From the NCBI GenBank assembly GCA_030141605.1, contig JAQGDQ010000567.1:119565-139205 (forward strand): 19,641 nt of DNA, in the 5' to 3' direction. Position numbers and translations under genes: made by a program. This document shows, in pieces, positions 10,091 through 19,641 of this stretch. A model generated the notes under the pieces. It was not told the origin of the DNA. It made no database searches and worked only from the letters and a program-made list of their open reading frames with translations. Within the stretch, counting starts at the first letter, position 1. Each line of letters begins with the position of its first letter. The DNA is from Tubiluchus corallicola (Eukaryota; Animalia; Priapulida).

Positions 10091-10547
10091 CTAAAACAAA
10101 CAATAATAATGCACGTTATAACTAAATAGTTAAATTGATATTACTTGTGAAAGCATTTCATTCCCACGTTAGAAGCAGTGTTTGTCAACTAAAGTCATAT
10201 TTGCATTATACCTAAAGTGTCAATTCTTAAAGTCTCTAGGTTCAGAAGCAGTGTTTGCAGTTGCTCTGTACTCAGATAAAAACTTTAATAATCAGATAAT
10301 GTAATAAGGCTAACTGTAATAACTTCTTGTATGTACCTTTTGCTTTCTTTGTAATAATACTAACAGATTACTACACCCGCTAATGTGGATAAGAGCAGCC
10401 CACAAAAATGCCTCACCATCATCATCCATGACGTCGTCGTTGTCGTCGTCATCATCGTCGTCGTCGTCCTCGTCGTCATCGTTGTCGACGTCGTTGCCGT
10501 CGTCGTCATCGTCGTCGTCGCGGGCACCATTTTGATGCTACTTGGTG

Positions 10548-11209
10548 TTATGCGGAGTGACTCACTAAAGCCGCCATTGTGCGGAACTGCATGTTGCATT
10601 GAGCACACAAAAACGGTCCGTTACCACGACAGCCGCCATTTTGCTGCTGCTGCTGTTGTGTGGTGTGGCACTCTAGCATCCCCAATGTGTGGAACATCGA
10701 GCTACATTGTCCACACAAAAGCGTCACAGCAGCATCAGCGACATTTTGTTGCTGATGCTGTTGTAAGGCGTGCTTCTCTAAAGCCTCCTTTGTGTGGAAG
10801 GCTATGTCGCATCGACCACACAAAAACGGCCCCTCGTCATCGCAGCCACCATTTTTGTACTGCTGCTGCTGTTGTGTGACATGGCACTCTAAACCCGCCA
10901 ATGTGTAGAACGCCATGCCACATTGGCAACACAAAAACGACACAACAGTATCATACAACACAACAGTATCATCGTCACCATCTTGAGCATCATTTTGTTG
11001 CTGCTGCTGGTGTGTGATGTGCCTCACTAAATCCGCCAATGTGCGGAATACCAAACCACATCGGTCACACGAAAACGGCCCGTCCTCGTCACAGCAGCCA
11101 TTTTGTTGCTGCCACTGTTGTCGTGTGGCGTGCCACTCTAACGCCGTCAATGTGTGGAACCCCATACCGCATTGCCCACACAAAAACGGTACAACAGCAG
11201 CGGCAGCAA

Positions 11210-11242
<33 letters not shown>

Positions 11243-11619
11243 CCTCATCACCATTTTGTTGCTGCTGGTGTTGTAACACGTGACTCTCTAAAGTCGACTT
11301 TGTGTTGAACCACATGCCACATCGGTCACACAAAAACGGCCCATCATCATCTTCCACCTTGACACCATTTTGTTGCTGCTGCTGTTGTAACACATGGCTC
11401 TCTAAAGCCGTCATTGTGTGGAGCAGCATGCCGCATCGGACACACAAAAACGGCCCACCATCATCGCCACCTTGAGTGGCATTTTGTTGCTGCTGCTGTT
11501 GTAACACATGGCTCTCTAAAGCCGTCATTGTGTGGAACAGCATGCCACATCGCTCACACAAAAACGGCCCAACATAAGCTTCAACAGCATCATCAACGCC
11601 ACCTTGGTTGCCACGCTGC

Positions 11620-11686
<67 letters not shown>

Positions 11687-11745
11687 GCTGTTGTTGTTGG
11701 CGTCGTCTCGTTAAATGTCTCCGTAGATCATGGTTGCCACGTTGC

Positions 11746-11779
<34 letters not shown>

Positions 11780-12089
11780 GGCGTCGTCTCGTTGGGTGTC
11801 TCCGTAGATCATGGTTGCCGTGCTGCTGTTGTTGTTGTTGTTGCTGTTGTTGTTGTTGTTGTCGTCTCGTTGGATGTCTCCGTAGTATATGAGAGCGTAG
11901 ACCGTATTGCGTCATGACCGTATGACCACACACGTGGCAAAGAAAATTTCTTTCGTGGCCATAATGGTCGATCGCAACGTGCCTCAGCATAGCTCTCATA
12001 CTACGACAGACCCGCCCGCATATATCACAGGTGGCAATGACTAATCTTCTTACTAGCACCTGGGATCTGAAGATGCGGAGTGAGTCCAT
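10548..12089 (-). CDS. C2H2-type zinc-finger repeat protein with poly-Gln and poly-Asp tracts (11 fingers); decayed 3' end continues to ~10400
   Basis: 513-aa ORF with two canonical fingers, poly-Q blocks, then nine FLCxxCG.xFxT..LExH units. Acceptor ttttcttacag at 12140 lies upstream of the ATG. After the TAA at 10548 and a frameshift the repeat pattern resumes (QNGARDDDD...GEAFLW) and is cut off near 10400. Confidence 0.85.
11618..11872 (-). repeat. (CAA)n microsatellites within three tandem LRRHxTRR-Qn-GN units
   Basis: Long gtt runs on the + strand separated by a repeated tgtctccgtagatcatggttgcc spacer. Confidence 0.95.
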
Positions 12090-12458
12090 GATGGTCGCGT
12101 GTTATAGCGGGTGTTTGTTGATCTCCTATAAGGTGTATTCTGTAAGAAAATAATTAACACTAATCAAATGTTATAGCATGGAATTCGCGTGTGCACGCGT
12201 TATTGCAAAAGAAGAAGAATTTCGCTTAGGCGAATTATGATGTAATTAAAGTCTATTGCTTTGTTATTGAAAAAAAGCATTAAAGTACCATTATAAACTA
12301 AAAATATGCTAAAGAATAAAAGTACACTTACTGTAAATTTTGGAGCTTCCACGCTGCTGCCACAGTGGATACCAAAACACATATGGTGTTTTTCATTCGC
12401 TAAAGATCTCTTTTATTTCGAAAATAGCGAGCCAACGACCTCACACTTAAATTGTAAT

Positions 12459-12763
12459 TAGAAGGGATTTTTTCTCCCCCCAAATGCTATCACTTAATCA
12501 CGTTATTACACTCCAAATAACGTACTGTTTTTCTACAAAGAAATATATTAATGGTGATTATGTAGAAATTAAAATAAGCTTTGGTAATTGCGGTCTTAAA
12601 ATCATGCTACTAGAAGGGATTTTTTCTTCGTCAAATGCTCTCACCTAATCACGTTATTACACTCCAAATAACGTACTGTTTTTCTACAAAGAAATATATT
12701 AATGGTGATTATGTAGAAATTAAACTAAGCTTTGCTAATAGCGGCCTTAAAATCATGCCACTA
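12459..12763. repeat. 152-bp tandem duplication
   Basis: tagaagggattttt...aatcacgttattacactccaaataacgtactg...aaaatcatgc at 12459 and 12611. Confidence 0.9.
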
Positions 12764-13092
12764 TTAGGAAGCACAAATTAAAGTAAGCTTTGCTAATGTG
12801 TGCGAAAATCTACACTCTGTCAAAGTGCTAGAAAATCTCTTAATTAACATCATAATTATCGCATCATCTTGATGCAGCAACCGAAAAGTTTCCAACCACA
12901 CAAAATCCATGAAAAAAGAACCTTTAATGCGACAATGCACCTCTTCTGTGTCACTTAGCTAAGCGCGGATTAACCGCTATCAGGCGCCAACTTATTCGCG
13001 ATTTCAGAGATAAGGCTCCCCCCCCCCCAGGGTTGTAGTTCTGCATTCATATACTTCAAAGGTCTTTATGTGAGCTAGTTATATTAATATTC

Positions 13093-13534
13093 TTCGTATA
13101 TATGAAAAAAAAGCAATTGATTTTAGAGCATTGATAATTTGTATCCGAGAAAAAAAGGAGGACTTTTAATGCTTTAAAACAGGATAGAAAGATTTTAGAG
13201 CATCATTTTTCTTCGTTAATTTTAGAACATTGCTAAGAAAAGCTAGCTCCCCGTCATCGTTCTTCTTGTCTTTCAAAGACAGCATATGGAAAGAATAATT
13301 TAATATTCGCATTATTCGTATATATGAAAAAAACCAATTGATTTTAGAGCATTGATAATTCGTATCCGAGAAAAAAGGAGGACTTTTAATGCTTTAAAAC
13401 AGGATAGAAAGATTTTAGAGCATCATTTTCTTCGTTGATTTTAGAACATTGCTAAGAAAGCTAGCTCCCCGTCATCATTCTTCTTGTCTTTCAAAGACAG
13501 CATGTGGAAAGAATAATTTAATATTCGCATTATT
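13093..13534. repeat. 222-bp tandem duplication
   Basis: ttcgtatatatgaaaaaaa...aatattcgcattatt at 13093 and 13315, near-identical. Confidence 0.92.
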
Positions 13535-13991
13535 GGAAAGCTAGTTGCTTTGCTAATTCGCTTAATGATATTGTGTGAAAGTATAATATATTTGCTCTAT
13601 TCTTCAATAATTTCTTTTTAAACAACTAATCGTATGAAGTAAGTAAACGCTTTTAGCAAATTATAATATTCGCCGTATTAATTCATATTCTTTTGACTAA
13701 TTTGTTAGCATTAGCAGTGAAGATAGACATATTATTATTAGGATATCTAAGAACCTATTGAAGATGGTTAATCTCGGATTGTGTGAAAAACATCCATTTC
13801 GGGTGATGGCTGTAAGTATTAATGTTTTGTACAATTCCCATGTGTTCTTACTAACAAGACACTTTGTCTGAAGACCCACTCAATTAATAGTCGCACTAAT
13901 AGCCGACCACCTAAATACTTTATTAGTCAGTTTAGAAAGCCTGCTGTTAAAAAAAGCTGTTTATGAAGTATTTTGAATTTTTCTGGAATCA

Positions 13992-15430
13992 GTGCCATGC
14001 AAGTCGAAGTCGTGTCTGACTCTGAGATGATGAGTAATTTTTTCAACAAAGGGTAGACGGTACCTGTGCTATATTGTGCTTGCTGTACATTCAAACGCGA
14101 ATTTTTAGTCTAATAGTAAAGCGCCTCAGTTTTTTTTCTCTTTGTACATCTAGACGCGCTTAAATAGCCGCGGGTGTCATGTCTCGCAAGTCAATTAAGT
14201 CCTCATTAGCTAGGTAGTCGAGTCAATTAGCGGATTAAGCAATAGACAGGTGGCCGCCTTGGCGTTTGATCAGATGAGTGCATTCGCTGTGTGAGGCATA
14301 TCAACTCCCATTCATTAGTCTTGCAAAACTAGCAATGATTCTAAAACCGATACGCAATGTTTTCTCTGTCGCAAAATGCTCTGTGACACACCTACCTTGC
14401 CAGAAAGTGGTATGCGTGACTTTGCTTTACTGGAGACCAGCGCTACAATATTGACTACTGACTGGTGCATCGTAATAAGGATCTGCCCCAGAAACCCAGA
14501 ATCGTGATTACCATGATCTGCTGGTGTTTACAATGACCACTCGTGGTCTATAGGTTTTTGTGTACAGTTCAAATAGTAGATTCAGACAGCGTGAAAGCAA
14601 TAGTATAATATAATACAATTATTTTTCATTTTTATGGATCATAATTTCCACATGAAACTCAAGTATTTATCAGCAGCGCAACAACAGTGACTTTCGAGGC
14701 AAATTGAGTGTCACACGTTACTTTCCGCAGGTGTGCGAGCTCTTCAAAGAGGAATTAACAGTGGCACACACGCAGACAGACAACTCCAAATTCAACAGTG
14801 CGAAATGATATTAAACTAATGTAAGAACTTTAGTCGCTCAGTTGCTAATGCTATCAGACAGGCAGGAAGGATTCAGAATGTCGAAAATTTAATAATAATC
14901 GTTGCATGGGGTCGCGTGGCAGCAGCTATATGCGTCGTTAGGCAACGGAGCGCATCGATGTTAAAATCGTATTGAGAATCGAGGGTTGAATTTTCGTCAC
15001 GCGATCATGTTAAGAAGTGAGACCGCCGCATGGCAAGAATGTTGTCAGTCATGGTCTGTCACTTTTACGTGAAGCGAATCACTGGTTCTCGTGGTGAGTT
15101 GGAAATTGTATAATTAAGAAAACATTCAGCACACTGTGATTATCTACTCAGCTAGGAAAAATATTTTGCTTGACATATTTAGCCATTGGTTTTGGTTTTG
15201 TTTTAACTTTTACTGCCGAGAAACGAAGGGTTTGACAATTACTTAAGAAAATCAGATTGACACATTGATATATCAAAATGTAAAGATAATTTTAACTATC
15301 ATTAGTTATTATTGTTCTGACGGGTAAAAAAAGTGGATGACGACCAAAGATCAGGCTCTGCTTTAGGTAATACCGCGTCATCATCATCATCATCGTTGGA
15401 TACAGTTGACAAAAAATAAGGAAACCCAGA
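13992..15430 (+). pseudogene. Decayed spliced gene remnants inside the terminal unit (includes 363-nt exon 14731-15093)
   Basis: Acceptor ctttccgcag (14730) and donor gtgagt (15094) bound a symmetric 121-codon frame with few stops. Flanking exons are homologous to the minus-strand exons at 10038-10072 and 9832-9915. Confidence 0.4.
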
Positions 15431-16449
15431 AATTAATCATGTTCGGCGAGGTGTGAGTAGACTGTCTGTTACACGTGCTAATGGTCAGTCCGTGCTAACA
15501 ATCGTGCTCGGCGGTGTGTGCGCGTGTGAGTAGACTGTATGTTGCACGATGCGACCACATTGGATGAAGCGAAGGAGGCTTTTCGGCGACGACTCAGAAA
15601 TTAATCATGCTCGGCGATGCGTGAGTAGACTGTATGTTACACGTGGTGACGCTCGTGCTAATGGTCGGCCCGTGCTAACAATCGTGCTCGGCGGTGTGTG
15701 CGCGTGTGAGTAGACTGTATGTTGCACGATGCGACCGCATTGGATGGAGCGAAGAAGGCTTTTTCGGTGACGGCATCCATCCATCTCAGATAAAGGTAGG
15801 ATAAAATTTTTAAAAATTGTATCGCAACTTAGACGCGCATAAAAGAACATTCTAACCCGGATGAGGGTGGGGTAAAATTTTTAAAAATTGCAAGGCAATT
15901 TAGACTCGCATAAAAGAACATCCTAACCATTTAACGACGACGACGAGACTGCTGCACCTGGGTAGAGAAATCTTTTAGCCCATTATCTAGCTAGCTAGGC
16001 GGCGAGGCGAGAGTCGATTACCGGATTAGCCACAATTAGGGTGGAGCAAGCAAAGTGCGCAGCGAGCGCGCGTCGAACGGACGACTGCATTTAGCGCGGA
16101 GGGGGGGGTGTTCTCGCCGGGCGCACCCCCCCCCAAAGCGTGCGGGAGTTCCAACCGTCACTCCTAATCCTTAAATCGAGCACTTAACTAGCGCAACAAT
16201 AGACCCACTTCACTTTTTTAGGGGGGTGATTTTTGTTCCCACCCCCGGCAGCCGAGGGGGGCGTGGCCCGTCGACCAACCGTCACTCCTAATCCTTAAAT
16301 TGGTCACTTAACTAGCACGACAATAGAGCCACTTCACTTTTTTAGGGGTGTTTCCGGATTTTCGCACTTTTTTAGGGGTGTTTTTCCCCACCCCCCCGGG
16401 GAAATCCCCACCCCCCCCGGGAAATCGGCCAGAGGTGTAACATCTAACC
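14063..16449 (+). repeat. Terminal unit copy A (continuous with upstream sequence; ends ...AACATCTAACC)
   Basis: Collinear, high-identity match to 17189-19606 over ~2.4 kb. Confidence 0.95.
15427..16449. repeat. Nested subterminal repeats of the putative element end
   Basis: 2 x ~170-180 bp (15427, 15596; gtgagtagactgt motif x4); 2 x 71 bp containing the palindrome aatttttaaaaatt; G8TG/CAC8 hairpin 16101-16133; 2 x 124 bp (16151, 16275); TTTTTAGGGG x3; C-tracts. Confidence 0.85.
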
Positions 16450-17187
16450 ATGTTGCACGATGCGACCGCATTGGATGGAGCGAAGAAGGCTTTTTCGGTG
16501 ACGGCATCCATCCATCTCAGATAAAGGTAGGATAAAATTTTTAAAAATTGTATCGCAACTTAGACGCGCATAAAAGAACATTCTAACCCGGATGAGGGTG
16601 GGGTAAAATTTTTAAAAATTGCAAGGCAATTTAGACTCGCATAAAAGAACATCCTAACCATTTAACGACGACGACGAGACTGCTGCACCTGGGTAGAGAA
16701 ATCTTTTAGCCCATTATCTAGCTAGCTAGCTAGGCGGCGAGGCGAGAGTCGATTACCGGATTAGCCACAATCAATTAGGGTGGAGCAAGCAAAGTGCGTA
16801 GCGAGCACGCGTCGAACGGACGACTGCATTTAGCGCGGAGGGGGGGTGTTCTCGCCGGGCGCACCCCCCCCAAAGCGTGCGGGAGTTCCAACCGTCACTC
16901 CTAATCCTTAAATCGAGCACTTAACTAGCGCAACAATAGACCCACTTCACTTTTTTTAGGGGGTGATTTTTGTTCCCACCCCCGGCAGCCGAGGGGGGCG
17001 TGGCCCGTCGACCAACCGTCACTCCTAATCCTTAAATTGGTCACTTAACTAGCACGACAATAGAGCCACTTCACTTTTTTAGGGGTGTTTCCGGATTTTC
17101 GCACTTTTTTAGGGGTGTTTTTCCCCACCCCCCCGGGGAAATCCCCACCCCCCCCCGGGAAATCGGCCAGAGGTGTAACATCTAACC
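16450..17187 (+). repeat. Terminal unit copy B (738 bp, left-truncated, copy of 15719-16449)
   Basis: Begins atgttgcacgatgcgaccgc directly after ctaacc and ends at the same ctaacc. Shares diagnostic variants with copy A. Confidence 0.95.
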
Positions 17188-17188
17188 G

Positions 17189-19606
17189 CCTGTGCTATAT
17201 TGTGCTTGCTGTACATTCAAACGCGAATTTTTACTCTAACAGTAAAGCGCCTCAGTTTTTTTTCTCTTTGTACATCTAGACGCGCTTAAATAGCCGCGGG
17301 TGTCATGTCTCGCAAGTCAATTAAGTCCTCATTAGCTAGGTAGTCGAGTCAATTACCGGATTAAGCAATAGACACGTGCCCGCCTTGGCGTCTGATCAGA
17401 TGAGTGCATTCGCTGTGGGAGGCATATCAACTCCCATTCATTAGTCTTGCAAATCTAGCAATGATTCTAAAACCGATACGCAATGTTTTCTCTGTCGCAA
17501 AATGCTCAGTGACACACCTACCTTGCCAGAAAGTGGTATGCGTGACTTTGCTTTACTGGAGGCCAGCGCTACATTATTGAGCACTGTCTGGTGCATCGTA
17601 ATAAAGATCTGCCCCAGAAACCCAGAATCGTGATTACCATGATCTGTTGGTGTTTACAATGACCACTCGTGGTCTATAGGTTTTTGTGTACAGTTCAAAT
17701 AGTAGATTCAGACAGCGTGAAAGCAATAGCATAATATAATACAATTATTTTTCATTTTTATGGATCATAATTTCCACATGAAACTCAAGTATTTATCAGC
17801 AGCGCAACAACAGTGACTTTCGAGGCAAACTGAGTGTCACACGTTACTTTCCGCAGGTGTGCGAGCTCTTCAAAGAGGAATTAACAGAGGCAGACACGCA
17901 GACAGTCAACTCCAAATTCAACAGTGCGAAATGATATTAAACTAATGCAAGAACTTTACTCGCTCAGTTGCTAATGCAATCAGACAGGCGGGAAGGATTC
18001 AGAATGTCGAAAATTTAATAATAATCGTTGCATGGGGTCGCGTGGTAGCAGCTATACGCGTCGTTACGCAACGGAGCGCATCGGTGTTAAAATCGTATTG
18101 AGAATCGAGGGTTGAATTTTCGTCACGCGATCATGTTAAGAAGTGAGACCGCCGCGTGGTAAGAATGTTGTCAGACATGGTCTGTCACTTTTACGTGAAG
18201 CGAATCACTGGTTCTCGTGGTGAGTTGGAAATTGTATAATTAAGAAAACATTCAGCACGCTGTGATTATCTACTCAGCTAGGAAAAAATATTTTGCTTGA
18301 CATATTTAGCCATTGGTTTTGGTTTTGTTTTAACTTTTACTGCTGAGAAACGAAGGGTTTGACAATTACTTAAGAAAATCAGATTGGCACATTGTTATAT
18401 CAAAATGAAAAGATAATTTTAACTAACATTAGTTATTATTGTTCTGACGGATACAAAAGTGGATGACGACCAAAGATCAGGCTCTGCTTTAGGTAATACC
18501 GCGTCATCATCATCATCATCGTTGGATACAGTTGACAAAAAATAAAGAAACCCAGAAATTAATCATGTTCGGCGAGGTGTGAGTAGACTGTATGTTACAC
18601 GTGCTAACGTTCGTGCTAATGGTCAGTCCGTGCTAACAATCGTGCTCAGCGCTGTGTGCGCGCGTGAGTAGACTGTATGTTGCACGATGCGACCACATTG
18701 GATGAAACGAAGGAGGCTTTTCGGCGACGACTCAGAAATTAATCATGCTCGGCGACGCGTGAGTAGACTGTATGTTACACGCGGTAACGTTCGTGCTAAT
18801 GGTCGGCCCGTGCTAACAATCGTGCTCGGCGGTGTGTGCGCGTGTGAGTAGACTGTATGTTGCACGATGCGACCGCATTGGATGGAGCGAAGGAGGCTTT
18901 TTCGGCGACGGCATCCATCCATCCATCCATCCATCCATCTCGGATAAAGGTAGGATAAAATTTTTAAAAATTGTATTGCAACTTAGACGCGCATAAAAGA
19001 ACATTCTAACCCGGATGAGGGTGGGGTAAAATTTAAAAAAATTGCATGGCAATTTAGACTCGCATAAAAGAACATCCTAACCATTTAGCGACGACGACGA
19101 GACTGTGCACTGCTGCACGTGGCTAGAGAAATCTTTTAGCCCATTATCTAGCTAGCTAGGCGGCGAGAGTCGATTACCGGATTAGCCACAATTAGGGTGG
19201 AGCAAGCAAAGTGCGCAGCGAGCGCGTGTCGAACGGACGACTGCATTTACCGCGGAGGGGGGGTGTTCTCGCCGGGCGCACCCCCCCCCCCAAAGCGTGC
19301 GGGAGTTCCAACCGTCACTCCTAATCCTTAAATCGAGCACTTAACTAGCGCAACAATAGACCCACTTCACTTTTTTTAGGGGGGTGATTTTTGTTCCCAC
19401 CCCCGGCAGCCGAGGGGGGCGTGGCCCGTCGACCAACCGTCACTCCTAATCCTTAAATTGGTCACTTAACTAGCACGACAATAGAGCCACTTCACTTTTT
19501 TAGGGGTGTTTCCGGATTTTCGCACTTTTTTAGGGGTGTTTTTCCCCACCCCCCCGGGGAAATCCCCACCCCCCCGGGAAATCGGCCAGAGGTGTAACAT
19601 CTAACC
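17189..19606 (+). repeat. Terminal unit copy C (~2.4 kb, left-truncated, more diverged)
   Basis: Begins cctgtgctatattgtg (=14063), ends aacatctaacc, followed by unrelated tacttgtttcc. Confidence 0.95.
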
Positions 19607-19641
19607 TACTTGTTTCCATTACCGCCTGACTTGCCCACGCG

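Larger units (their letters stand above)
1..19610. mobile_element. Right-hand portion of a decayed Polinton/Maverick-like pPolB element with amplified terminus (extent inferred)
   Basis: Polinton-type pPolB, a defined repeated end, and pieces of the 9-kb region and of the terminus embedded in the pol gene. The left end, TSD, integrase and capsid genes are not seen. Confidence 0.5.

Noticed and set aside
10385-11917. Plus-strand ORFs rich in poly-Val, Cys, Leu, His or Ser
   Set aside because: Shadow frames of the minus-strand zinc-finger gene and its trinucleotide repeats.
16430-16449. Canonical Helitron 3' end (CTAA plus hairpin)
   Set aside because: All copies continue CC beyond CTAA, there is no A|T target pattern, and no Rep/helicase is visible. 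Kept only as a mechanistic analogy.
16330-16449. Herpesvirus pac-like T-tract flanked by G/C runs
   Set aside because: Only superficial similarity; no herpesvirus genes, and the polymerase is of the protein-primed type.
15605-19052. Short ORFs in the terminal repeats (15605-15850, 16308-16511, 17085-17279, 18743-19052)
   Set aside because: They lie in non-coding repeats or span junctions, and the frames are not preserved between copies.
14063-19606. Long direct repeats as LTRs
   Set aside because: No TG...CA ends, PBS/PPT or gag-pol between them; the middle part is a truncated third copy.

Overview
AT-rich eukaryotic (probably invertebrate animal) DNA with short GT-AG introns. It appears to hold the right-hand part of a decayed Polinton/Maverick-like endogenous element. 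(1) 439-4874 (+) is a frameshifted, apparently intron-containing protein-primed family-B DNA polymerase (pPolB) pseudogene with a vOTU-like region, ExoI-III, an inserted endonuclease-VII-like Zn module and motifs B and C. Its motif A has been replaced by a ~485-bp patchwork made from two other parts of this same window. (2) 5-14 kb holds small decayed spliced genes, many local tandem duplications, and a minus-strand gene for a poly-Q/poly-D protein with 11 C2H2-type fingers, most lacking the last His. (3) 14063-19606 is a head-to-tail array of three copies of a structured terminal region. All three end at the same nucleotide (...GGTGTAACATCTAACC) but start at different points. No integrase, packaging ATPase, maturation protease or capsid gene is recognisable in the window, and the left end of the element is not visible. 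All alignments were done by eye.
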